From Selaginella moellendorffii (Eukaryota > Plantae > Lycopodiophyta), in the NCBI RefSeq assembly GCF_000143415.4, contig NW_003314291.1, forward strand, positions 1,007,702 through 1,071,701: DNA of 64,000 nt, written 5' to 3'. The notes beneath the pieces were generated by a model that was not told the DNA's origin, made no database searches, and saw only the letters and a list, made by a program, of their open reading frames with translations. The position numbers and the translations under genes are program-made. This document shows, in pieces, positions 1-11,120 of this stretch (position 1 is the stretch's first letter; each line of letters opens with the position of its first letter).

Positions 1-2974
1 TTGATAGGTTCACGGCCACAAATAATTTCAAACAGTACCACTCCAAAGCTGTACACATCTGATTTTTCTGTGAGTTTGCTGTAGGAATGGTACCTGAGAA
101 ACCATTCATAAATCAATCATAACGATGGTTTGAACCTGAATAGATAAAAAAGAAATTTTTTTCTCACTCTGGATCGAGATATCCTGGAGTCCCTTTGACA
201 ATAGTTGAGACATGAGATGTGTTGTTCTTGTCATAAAGCTTGGAAAGCCCAAAGTCAGTGACTTTGGCAACCATAGCAGAACTTAAGAGTATGTTGGTTG
301 TTTTGATGTCACGATGGATTATATGAAGATTGCAAGACGTATGCAAATACTCCAATCCTACAAAATTCACTGCTGAGAGTCACTATACAAACTCATCTCA
401 TTTACCTTGAGCAGCGTCTAAAGCAATTTGCAGCCGAGATTTCCAGCTTAAAGTTGGACAGTTTGTGCCTATATGACACATCATAAAGAAACAAATGGAT
501 CAAAAGAAGATATCACTTACCATACAAGTGCTTTTTTATAGTTCCATTTGACAAAAACTCATAGAGCAGTATAAGCTTCGATCCATGGTCACAGTAGCCA
601 AGAAAAGAGACCAAGTTCCTATGATGTACCACTGATAGAATATCAATCTGCCGAGAAGATACAATCAGTTTGGTATTCATGCTTGACGATCAAACGCACC
701 TCCGTGTTAAATTCTTGATATCCTTGCTTTGAGGTGCTTGACAAGACCTTAACAGCAACTTCCACACCATTGGAAAGGCAGCCATAGTACACTGGTCCAA
801 AGCTTCCTTCGCCTAGAACTCGCTTGAAGTTGTTTGTGGCCTCGACCACAGCTTTATAACTAAAGATTTTGGTGTTGGAGTTTGGAGACTTTGGAGCCAG
901 GCCTGGGAGATGAAATGCAAGCTATAAACACAAGGCTTAGACTTTGCAACTTACCTGGACTCTTGGTATCTTTGTTATCTTTCTCCTGTGTTCCGATGGT
1001 TCTTGGGCTGTTATCTGCTGTTTTTCTATGGGACATAAAACACACGACGAGTCCAGTCGCAAGTAGTATCACGGCTATGCATGGAACCGCTACTCCAATT
1101 AGAAGTGTTGTATTTTTTTTCTTCTTTGTGTGGCATAACTTAAAAGTAGTGCTGCGGGAAGTAAAACGATATATAAATTTCAAGAGAGAAATTCGTATAC
1201 TAACTTGAAATGCATTTCTGGTGGTACGCAATCCAAATTGTTGTTTTGTAATGATCTGTAACATAGTGACTATAAGGACTATTTTATTATATGCAGTACT
1301 CACAAAACCGTGAGGTTTTTCAAAGAGCTAAAGTCTGGAACTGGCCCTGTCAATGCGTTGTTATCCAAATATCTGAAGAACTAAAAATGAGAAAAACAAA
1401 GAATTGCTAAAGAACCTTCCATACATTTTTGTTAGATGCGATAGGTTCATGATGGACCGTGATATGTTACCACTTAGCCGCTGATTGGACAAGTTCCTGC
1501 AGTGAGAGCTCTTAAGTTTTTCGTATGATAGATCTAGATACGTCCCTTACAGCTCTGTAATTCTCGCTGGGATTTGAGCTACATCGCAAGTGATCCACCG
1601 CCAAGTGTACGGAAGTGGCAAGCAAGGATCTCCCGACCATCCAGTGATGTTAAATTCGTTCATTACATTGCGAATCGCTACCACTGTCCAGAAAAAGGGG
1701 AAAAAACGAGACTTTAATAGCATAAATTATGCTAAATACCATCGTCGGGTTCTGTCCCTGGAAGGAGACCACCTTTGTACATGAAGAGCTCGGCGGCATT
1801 GAGGATTGGACCCAGCGTAGAGTTTGGCGTGGGAACGAGAAAGAAACGCGTTGGATCAGAAAGCTCCACGGGAGCTTCGAGATACACTTGCACTGAAGTA
1901 AGCGGAGCCTGGGTGTGCTTTTCGATGTTGACGGTCACCGCGATCTGGGGAGTTTCAAGAGAGCTGGTGTTGAAAAGGAGCATGAACTCTCTCGTGTCGT
2001 TCCCCAGAGCGAAGAACTCCGCAAAGTAAAAGTTGACGTAGTACTTCGTTGCCTCGAGCGTGACTGGAAACTCGAAGACCATCACGGAGTTGGAGACGAT
2101 GGCGGAGCTCATCACCGCGGTGGGAGGCTTGTTAGAAGTTTTCCCTACGGAAACAGTCGAGTTAGTGTTGATCCGCTGGTAGCTTCCCATGTTTTTGAAG
2201 CCCTTGTCAGCTCTCCATATTCGATCGTATTCATCCAAAGGATACCTGTTCGAAGAATTGAACGCTCGAAGAGAAAAAAGTTTGGGAGTTTCTTACCTGA
2301 TATCTTCGTTTGAAGTTGCTCCAAGATTGATCCTTCTCCACATGAGTAAGACCTCACTATAATCCGAGACACTTCCACTCATCCCAGGAGCCAGCCTTCT
2401 AAGCTCGATTGTGGAGATGAATGGGATATTTGCCGGTGAATTCGAGCTGGTTCCAAGGCATAGATCTAGTGTCGAGTTTGTGGCTTTCACCACAAACTCG
2501 CAGTACGACGACGACTGGCTTCCCAGGCTCGCATTCATCACAGTATTCGCACCAATTGCAATGTCAAACTCGGCTACAGTTGATTCCAGCCCGTCGTAGT
2601 TTCCGTAGTAGAACCCCGGCCTCACGATGTAGCTCTCATCCACGACGACTGGCAAAGCGTAGCAGTGCTTCCGGGAGGTGTCGCTAAAGTAGCGAAGACG
2701 CTGAAAAATTAGATCCGAGTCTTGTTTCAAAGAGCTTGCAATGAAGGTTTTCACTCCGGTGGTGATGTATTTGTCGTCGGGTATCCATTCGATACCATTG
2801 TCATCCGTGTGGCTGTCGAAAGCTCCACAGTCGAGGCTCAAAAACCCTGGACAAAATCGATAGAGTACTTATAAAAGCGTTTGGATCGTGGAAATGCTGC
2901 TCACCTGGTTGAGCTGAAACAGAAGTCTGTCCTGCAAGGATCAAGCCACACGTGAAAAGGAGAAGATGCCACAT
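1..2974 (-). CDS. Malectin-like/LRR receptor-like kinase (LRR-I, IOS1/FRK1-like); multi-exon, 3' end runs out of the window
   Basis: ATG at 2974 gives signal peptide [23 protein letters not shown]. Malectin-like exons ([26 protein letters not shown]), [12 protein letters not shown] cap, three short LRR exons, TM segment, then kinase motifs [45 protein letters not shown] introns. Confidence 0.95.
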
Positions 2975-3022
2975 TTTTCGCTTGAAACTCGGGCCTTTTT
3001 TGCCAAAGAATTAAGTGCTGAT

Positions 3023-3405
3023 AGTCAAATAAGAGCGTTGCGGCCTAGTCTGTATAAGACCAAGCAAACAATAACGCATGTATAAGAATCAGGGAGGGCG
3101 AGGGCGATGTCACGGTCAAAGTCAAGGTCAAAGTCGCGACGACCAGCGCTGGGGCGCAAAGGCACAGGAATATTCGCAAGCACTGATCGCAGGAAGATTC
3201 CTCCTCTCCTCTTCTGTAGGACTGGAATTTTACAAATTGGAATAAAACGAAGTTATCGCCCATGGAAAAATCGCGATCGCACGTGCACTGCTCGACCATG
3301 ACTGTAGTTGTGGACTCTATTCAGCCCAGTCAAACACGCTCCCGGTTGACTGGAACGTGTAAACAAACAACCAACCAACCACCATTAAACAATCTTGAAA
3401 GTCAA
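3023..3405. promoter_or_regulatory. W-box (TTGACY) cluster upstream of the receptor kinase
   Basis: Seven TTGAC(C/T) matches on either strand at 3023, 3114, 3120, 3126, 3328, 3346 and 3400. Confidence 0.6.
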
Positions 3406-3441
3406 AGGCTGTTTTTGTTGTTAGTTGGTGTTGGCTGGGCA

Positions 3442-3525
3442 AAACAAAAAGCTACATGGAGAGAAAAAAGCGAGGCAAAACAACCCAACTCCCTCGCTTT
3501 TTTCTCTCCATGTAGCTTTTTGTTT
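3442..3525. repeat. Perfect 34-bp inverted repeat with a 16-nt loop
   Basis: 3442-3475 aaacaaaaagctacatggagagaaaaaagcgagg is the exact reverse complement of 3492-3525. Confidence 0.95.
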
Positions 3526-5771
3526 AGGGCAACCTAAACTCTAAATTAACTTTTTAAATTTTTTTTTGCAACATTTAAAGGCATTTTAACACTAGGTCAG
3601 CTATGATTAAAGTTGTTAATATCTAGTTTTTTTGTAGTTCTTTAATTTTTATAGAAACTATGAATACAAATGTATAATAAAACTGATATTTATAATATTA
3701 TTATAAGCTTAATGCTTATTTATTATGTTGTCTTGATAAAAATTATGTTATAAATATAAAAAATTACAAAAATTAATTATTTTATTTAGTTCAGAAAATC
3801 AATTTACACATAATTTTAAAACTTTAATATATATGTTTAGAAATTATTTATATTCATAAACTTGTTGGGAATTAGCCATTGATTTGAGAAATGATCCAAG
3901 CTAAATTTTTATCAATATCATCAACATGAGAAAACTTTATTCCTTTTCTTCCCCTTTCTCCTCTTTAGGTGGTTGTTGCTTCCTTTCTTTCCTTTTGGAC
4001 TTTCAACCTTGAGGAGAAGGTCCTAAACCTAAATCTTAAAAACCCTAAACCATTGGATCAGAGTTGCCCATAAAGGGTGGCAATTAGGAAGCTAATGTGT
4101 TCACATCTAGGCTGGTTATCACATATATGACGAATATGGAAAACCTTTATAGCTTGAGATTAATGTAGATCCAAGGGTTTTAGGTAGCAAAAGCTGCCTC
4201 CAAATGTATAATAGGGATAATGGGGTTGGATATTGTACGAGACACTATTTACTAGGGTATCACTCTTTGAAGGATGACACTTAAGCTACCAATTGGCTCA
4301 TATTCAATTTTTGGGACTTGAAGTCATACTTCTCCTTATGGGGGATAACACCTCAGCTACCAAAATAGATGTGGATGTTTTAATTAATACCATCCACAAC
4401 ACTTTACTTATATGGTTCCTCCACTAACAGACTTGTCTTTTTTGCCAAATTGTTCCAAAAGATATAAAAGAAGGGAAATGTTTTGAAGGGAGATTGTTTC
4501 TGGGACACAAATGAATGTATATAAAAGTCCTAAACTTAGAGTTTTTTTTATAAGTTTTCATATAAAACAAAATAAACTTATAGTATCATACATTGTTTTT
4601 AATCAGAAAACTTTTTTTGAATAAAGTTTTAGCTTATAAAATTGTGTGTTACAATTTTATCATTTTGTATAGATCTCAATAAAGGCCCAATTTTCTTTTT
4701 ATATTGTAAAGTATACAATGAGAATAGACATTAGCAAGCTATAATCTCCTCAAACCCTTCTATAGCTATTACAAAATGTTCATTTTTAAAAAAATTATAA
4801 AACTTTTAAGCTTTCTGAATTATATAAAGTAATGCTAAGAAGTGATGACTAATTAGAGCTAAATATTGTCATTCTCTCCCTAAAAATCTCTTTATAGTAG
4901 CAAAATCACAACCGTCGATTTCATATATAAAAGTGTAACACAAATTTTTAATGGTCTTTAGTTAGGTAGAACCTGGCCTATACAAAGACCAAGCAAACGA
5001 TAGAATCAGCAGGATTTTTCACGATCTCAGGCAAGAGAGGTGTCTATGGCAATCCATTTGCAAATGTTCAATGGAAGTTTCTCGCAAATGCCGTCTTAAA
5101 CGCTGCTTTACACCGAGTCATGCAGATTCCGCGCGGCTATTTATAATCCAAATTTATTCTCTTATGTTGCCATTAGGATCAACCTTAGGCTTTTACGGCC
5201 CAAGGAACAGGATAATGGTACACCAACTGTCCAAAGCCGAGCGCAGGACAAAACCTTGACACAATTCTGGAGAAAAAATGGATGCCGTGCCATCAAATAT
5301 CTACAAAATTACTAAACTTACTTGCGTCATTGGAAATAATCGAGTTGCAGCGCCACAGCCAATCATGGAAAGCACACGAACTTGATGCCATAAGAATGCG
5401 TTTCCTCCGTCGTGCATATTTCCAGGACACCATCCTAGAACTCATAAATCTGAAAGATCTCGAATAAGTGAGCTTACGGGGTTTATTTCATCGCCATCTG
5501 GAGTGATATTCAAACGGTAGATCATGAAATCACGAGTGAAGGTACCTGTTTGAATATCTCCTCATCGCGACTCTTGTGACAGTGAATCTAACCAGTGTCA
5601 TCCAGAGCTCTCCTTTCGATTGCAAATACAGTGCAACAACGTTAACCTGCAAGCAAACAAGTGAGCAGCAAAGTTCTCGAACTGGAAAAATGTAATTTGA
5701 ACTTCCCTCTAACCCTAAATCTAAAAGTATGTTCTTATTTAGTACAAAGGATATTCGCGTACGAATAGCAT

Positions 5772-6236
5772 TCAAGTACAACACGAAGTATCGCATGCCT
5801 CCTCCCGGATCTTGGCCTCTCGACCAGCGGCGCCACTGCCAATTCGATCCCCAGAACGGAACACAAAGTAGCCCACGCCCAATCCCACCACGATGCTCAC
5901 AAACACGCCCCCATTGAAGGACATGGCGGCGAGCATGAGCAGCAACCCAAGGGCCGAATTCACCACAAACAGGATGGATTCCACCGCCCGGTGCAACCAT
6001 CCATCGATGGAGCTCGGGGGAGGCTCCGTGCAATCGCCCATCAGGGGCTTGCGCAACCCACCTGGCGATTTCGACGCCTGGATGAGCAAGATCCTGCGGG
6101 AGACGACATACTCGTTGAAGAGGGCCGCCAGGAAGAGCGCCGCGAGGGAGAGAATGTAGCCCAGCCATGTCTTTGTGATCCAGCCATCGAAGAGAATCGT
6201 GGCATTTTTGCTCCAGTAGAAGGTCATGTGCATCAT
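5772..6236 (-). CDS. COPT: Ctr/COPT family copper transporter
   Basis: MMHMTFYW..ATILFDGW N-terminus, three TM segments, MLAAM (MxxxM) followed by SFNGGVF, Cys-rich C-terminus. Intronless. Confidence 0.93.
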   Translation of the reverse strand: MMHMTFYWSKNATILFDGWITKTWLGYILSLAALFLAALFNEYVVSRRILLIQASKSPGGLRKPLMGDCTEPPPSSIDGWLHRAVESILFVVNSALGLLLMLAAMSFNGGVFVSIVVGLGVGYFVFRSGDRIGSGAAGREAKIREEACDTSCCT

Positions 6237-6489
6237 CTTGTCGAGCTTGGGCTTGACCTAGAGCACTGATCGCAAGCTCGAGTCTTCTTTACAACAACAC
6301 GCAAGAGGGAACAAGGAAGAATTCTTATTCTTTAAAAATTCCCAAGTTCCGTGTTCTTTCATGCAAGAAGTGGGCATCTTTCATCATGGCCATTTTGCAG
6401 ACTCTCGCTTTCGGGATTTTCTTGACTCCGTCAACTTTTTCCGTCGTATAAGAACCCATGCGATATGGATGATCTTCAAGTGTTTCGCA

Positions 6490-6918
6490 ATGGGAGCAAC
6501 ATTCCAGCTTGGTTTTCTCGTGCTTTTTCTTGTGGCAAATGCTTGGCCTCAGGATGATGGTGATGGAGAGATCGCTGCTGATGCTGGGATTAGTTCTTGT
6601 CCCAGTGAAACCGAAGAGAATGTGATTTACTACAACACCGGAGAGAGCTCCGAAGATAGTCCATTCGAGAAGAACTTGGCATCGGCTTATGAATCCCTGC
6701 TATCTCCATCTCAGGAATCTCCCCGGCAGGCCCAAGTTGGGGACGATCCAGACACCGTCTATGGCTACGCTACATGTTTCGAGGGAAATTGTGAGGATTG
6801 TCTCGCCACTTGCAAGAACTACTTCACACAAGTTGCTCCTCACGCAGTTGGAGCGAGACTATGCCTGAAAAGTGGCTCTGATGCTTGCTATCTTCGCTAT
6901 GAAAACTATAGTTTCTAG
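6490..6918 (+). CDS. Secreted single-domain DUF26/Gnk2 cysteine-rich protein
   Basis: Signal peptide MGATFQLGFLVLFLVANA, then S.F..NL, GDDPDTVYGYATC..C..C and a CYLRYENYSF end typical of DUF26. Confidence 0.85.
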   Translation: MGATFQLGFLVLFLVANAWPQDDGDGEIAADAGISSCPSETEENVIYYNTGESSEDSPFEKNLASAYESLLSPSQESPRQAQVGDDPDTVYGYATCFEGNCEDCLATCKNYFTQVAPHAVGARLCLKSGSDACYLRYENYSF

Positions 6919-7387
6919 ATGAAAACAACACATATATGAACAAAGTTGGATATCTTTAACATAACATTTGTTCTCGGAGTGTTCTGTGTGATTTTGTGGT
7001 ACCAGCAAGCACGACATGTGAGATGAATCGCAATCAAAGTCCCTCTGGCCAAGACATGATCGATACATACCACCAAACTCTTTTCCAGCATTGGCAGGTT
7101 CTTGTCCCCTCACAAACACTAAACATCGATGCATCTCTATCTCAATCTCGGCCTCTCGAGATAACTTGAGATGAAGTTGACAAGATCTCGTCTAGTGGCT
7201 GACGTGATTCCTCCACTAGAAGAATGGACAAAAGCTGAGCTACAGCAGCTTTAAGGAACATGGTCCGATCGAAACAAGACAAATCGCCTCAGACCCAAAG
7301 GAAAGAACGCAAAGTTGGCAAGAACTTGCTTAAAACCATGATCTTTGAATTTACACAAAGAAGAGAAGATCTAAGATCGTTCTAAGT

Positions 7388-8584
7388 TTATGGAGTCTTC
7401 CAGAGCCAGGAGAAGTGCTTGAGCAGCCCCCCAGCTCTGTGCTTGGTGGACATGGAGCAATCACACTGAAGAACCATCACCATCGTGGACAGGCCACCAG
7501 CCTCGAGGAAGGAATCCTCCACTGCGTGAGAACCCACCGAGTGGTGGCACACGATTAGCGCCCAGGCGATGAAAGTGCCATGCTCGGTGGCTTGTGTGGA
7601 GATCTTGAGCACGCAGCCCAGGATTGCTGGCACCGCTCTCGCGTGATCCACCGCCAGAGCTTCTCTCCCCTCGGCGCAGCAACACAGCGTCCTGAGGAGC
7701 TCCAGACTTTGCTGCTTGATCACCGCCGTGGGCTGCTGCTCGAGGAGGAGATCGATCAGGAGCTTTGGAGATCCGCATTCGATCGCCCGGAGCTTGAGCT
7801 TGGTCGGCTGAGTGGCGAGGAGGACCAGCAGGGACTTGAGAAGCGGCGATGCTTGATCACCGGTGGTGTTCTTGGCGAGGAGCCACACCAGCCCTTGGAT
7901 GAGCGCATCGAGGCCGTCGATATCTCGCATTTGGCGATGGTCGTGAGCCGAGAGTGATGATAGAAGAGTTTCCAAGAGGCTGGCGGCGTTTGTTCTCACC
8001 GTTTTGCTGCTGCTGGTGAGTAGTCTGGCAAATCTCTTTAGAGAATCGAAGCACGCAGCAAATGCCCTTCTTGTGAATTTTGCGTCGAGCTTACAGAGCG
8101 TGTGTAAAATCGAGAGGGCTGCCGCTTGATCTTCCTCCTGGATGGCCCTCTCCGCTAAGACGGTCGCGAACAGAGCTTCCAGGAACTCGTCGTGATCGCC
8201 CACTCTCTCCCAGATGGAATCACCGCTGGGGAGCTTGCTCAATGCAAGCAAGAAGCTCGAGTCCAGGAGCTCGGCTATGGCTACGCTACTCGTATCGATT
8301 TCTCTGCAAAGTACCTCTTCCAAGCTGATGATCGCCTCCTCGTTGCTGCTACTGCTCCACGATTTGATGAGCTGCTTGAGAGTGGAGTTTGGGATGAGCT
8401 CGCATGAACCGAGAGCTTGGCGCGTGACTGGACAAGCCCTGTTGCCATCCAGCAGCCACTTTTGGATGCTGGAGCGCTCATACGTGATCCCGGAGCTCAG
8501 GATCACGGGATCCTCCATGAGCTCGAACGAGATTGGGCAGCGAAAGTATGGGGGGATCTCCGCATTCTTCACAGGTAGTCTCAT
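7388..8584 (-). CDS. Plant U-box E3 ubiquitin ligase with ARM-like C-terminus (CMPG1/PUB20-26-like)
   Basis: IPPYFRCPISFELMEDPVILSSGITYERSSIQKW..CPVTRQ..LIPNSTLKQLIKSW U-box, LCCCAEGR motif, intronless. First ATG at 8584. Confidence 0.93.
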   Translation of the reverse strand: MRLPVKNAEIPPYFRCPISFELMEDPVILSSGITYERSSIQKWLLDGNRACPVTRQALGSCELIPNSTLKQLIKSWSSSSNEEAIISLEEVLCREIDTSSVAIAELLDSSFLLALSKLPSGDSIWERVGDHDEFLEALFATVLAERAIQEEDQAAALSILHTLCKLDAKFTRRAFAACFDSLKRFARLLTSSSKTVRTNAASLLETLLSSLSAHDHRQMRDIDGLDALIQGLVWLLAKNTTGDQASPLLKSLLVLLATQPTKLKLRAIECGSPKLLIDLLLEQQPTAVIKQQSLELLRTLCCCAEGREALAVDHARAVPAILGCVLKISTQATEHGTFIAWALIVCHHSVGSHAVEDSFLEAGGLSTMVMVLQCDCSMSTKHRAGGLLKHFSWLWKTP

Positions 8585-9750
8585 GGATGATCGATCAATC
8601 AGATATGCAAAAAGATGCAACTTTGGGAGGAGAAAAAGCCTTCATACCCTGAGGATAGCAACAACTTTTCTTCTAGATCAAAAGCAGCAAGGATTATCTG
8701 TTGATTGACAAGAGAGGATTCGGAGCTCTAGTTTAAAAGATTCCATGAGAGCAATGAAAAGAAGTGGCTATGGAGTGAAAGGAGTAGCCTTTGGTATACC
8801 TAGTATTTTCCAATATTGCTGCTTTACCAACCTGCTTTTAGGCATATGGCCCCAAACAGAATTGTCAAGGCTTGGCTTTGAAAGTTGAGCCATCTCATTT
8901 TTCAAGAAAAAACAGAGAGTAAAAATGCTAAAATATAAAACAAAAACAGAGAAAAACAAAAAACATCCTTTTCTGATGAGCCAGTTTCAAATCTTTAGGA
9001 GGCACTGGAAACTCATTCCACAGCAGCCATTCCTTGTTAAAGTGCAGAAGAACTTGCTCAGTTTTCGCCTTCATTTTCTGCACTCAATCCCTGCGTGCAC
9101 TTTCGTTTTCACCTCCGAAACTGGTTGTTTCTCAGATTGACCGGTCAGAGCGTGTGTATCAAGTGTGAAATGGGCTTTGTATTCTGGTCAAACTGGACAG
9201 TGTAGTGCAGGAAAAAACTATAGTATAGCAAAAGTATATAGCAGTAGTATGTGTGAAGCTATATACGCTGGAATCGACCGACCACGCGTGTTCCTACTAC
9301 TGTAACTATGTCGCCCCCTCGCAAAACACGCTCGCAGCATTTCCCCGGTTCTTCCACACATACATTGTCAGGGGTTGACTAGAGGTAGTGCCCAAAGAGA
9401 AAAAAAAGAGAGAAATAATGGTATGGTCGTGCACCGCGAAATAGTCCCAGGAAGACCGCGCGTTTTTCTTGGCGTGCTCGGTGCGACTTTGGGCTATGGC
9501 TGGTTGGCTGGTAGATTTGGAGGTTTTCTTTTTCGCTCTTCTTCCTTCCGTTTTTTGTTCATTGTCAAACCAACTTTACACGGTCTTTCTTTTTATAAAG
9601 ACGCGGTCGATGCAGCGTTTTCTTTCTTACCAAGTTTTTGGAGTTCTCTGTAGAGATCCCAGGGCGATCGCGGTTGTGGATCAGGAAGACTTGGATCTGG
9701 AGATATCACACAGAGTTCCTTGTAAAATTCTCCCGCGGTCGGCAGAGGCG

Positions 9751-10089
9751 ATGAGGAGCACCAGAGTCCTGGCTTTGATCCTTGTGATGGGTTTATACTG
9801 CTCGGGCTTCATCCAAGTGGCTGTTTCGGCAAGATTGGTTGTCGCAGAGAAGCAGCAGGAGAGCAACGATCATGGAAAAGACCAGGCTGGTGATCATCCA
9901 GCAGCAGCGGTGGAATGGATTCACAAATCTCCTAGCAGCAGCCATGTCTTGCATTCGTCCAATGGAAGAGTGTTTAGCCTCTCGCTCAACAGGATGCCAA
10001 AGAAGGTGACTCCACCGTCGGGGCCGTCCAAATGCCACAACGCGATTTCCACGGCCCGGGCTTCCACCATGGCAAATTGCAGGAACTAA
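9751..10089 (+). CDS. Small secreted peptide precursor 1 (IDA/PIP/CTNIP-like, 112 aa)
   Basis: Signal peptide MRSTRVLALILVMGLYCSGFIQVAVSA, variable region, C-terminal MPKKVTPPSGPSKCHN...C. TATA-like tataaa near 9594. Confidence 0.85.
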   Translation: MRSTRVLALILVMGLYCSGFIQVAVSARLVVAEKQQESNDHGKDQAGDHPAAAVEWIHKSPSSSHVLHSSNGRVFSLSLNRMPKKVTPPSGPSKCHNAISTARASTMANCRN

Positions 10090-10850
10090 CACCAGTGGAT
10101 TCCACTCATTTTTCCTTTCTTTTTTTTGGGTGGGGAGCTTAGATCAACATTGTTAGATAGTCCATTCTTTTCGGCGATTTGGAGGCCAGTGTAGAGAAAA
10201 GGCTAGACACAGACACTCACACTTGTTTTCTTGTCTATAAGAAAGTTTTGTTCTCATGAAAACTTGTATAGAAAACGATCCAAAGCGCTTTGGAGCCAAC
10301 ATGTTTTGACACAAGATTTGGAATCGACAAACCGGCGGCAATTTCTGCTTAGTTGTAACCCAACATCAAATCAATCAAACATCACCAAGAAAAATCTAAA
10401 CAAAAGAATGAGTGAGTGACCCTCCGATTTGTCAAAAAATGGCGGCTCTGAGAATATTGCGTCAATCATGAGACCGGATTGTCAATGGTCAAAGACCACG
10501 TGTCACCGACGTGGCCGAGTAGAAACGCTAGAGAACTCGTAAAAGTCAACCAGCCGAGAACGTAAGTGTGTGTCGATGGATTTCGAAGATCTCCACGCGA
10601 CTATCAAGATCAAGCGGCCTGATCTCCACACAATAGAGTTTTCGATTATCCACAAAGCACTGCGCGGAGATTCCAGCCCGTGGTTCGCATCTCTATATAA
10701 CACATGGGCTGCCTGTTTCCTCCCAGCGAAGTTTCTGGCTGGCTAGCGAGAGATTCACCGCCATCATCAGGCTTGGAAAGTTCGGGCCGCAGCTTGAATC
10801 GTATAAATCCATGCTTCCACCCCGTGCTTTTGATTTCCAGGCCGAGGATC

Positions 10851-11120
10851 ATGTACATGGCTTGTAGAAGAGCTGCAGGTGTTTTCGTGATCCTGGCGGC
10901 GATGGTTTTCCTGGATTGTTGCGGGGCATCGAGGCTTTTAATCGCTGGTGCTGGTGTTGGAGAGTTGTCACAAGGATCATCAAGAGTCTCAAGCCCATCT
11001 TTGCATCTGGAGCAACACACGCTCCCAAAGAGAATACCAGTTCCTCCATCGGGTCCTTCTAGATGCCACAACAGTCTCTCGGCGCGATTCAAAGTTAAGC
11101 GTCCAGGGCCATGCCAGTGA
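10851..11120 (+). CDS. Small secreted peptide precursor 2 (IDA-like, 89 aa)
   Basis: Signal peptide MACRRAAGVFVILAAMVFLDCCGA. LPKRIPVPPSGPSRCHN aligns with the IDA EPIP motif LPKGVPIPPSAPSKRHN. Second Cys at the C-terminus. TATA at ~10694. Confidence 0.88.
   Translation: MYMACRRAAGVFVILAAMVFLDCCGASRLLIAGAGVGELSQGSSRVSSPSLHLEQHTLPKRIPVPPSGPSRCHNSLSARFKVKRPGPCQ

Noticed and set aside
3042-5015. Short similarity (aagaccaagcaaac) at ~3056 and ~4986 as boundaries of a transposon
   Set aside because: Too short and not flush with the AT-rich block. No TIR, TSD or transposase motif could be supported.
5530-8708. Long antisense or alternate-frame ORFs over COPT and the U-box gene
   Set aside because: Shadow ORFs expected in GC-rich coding sequence, with no recognisable motifs.
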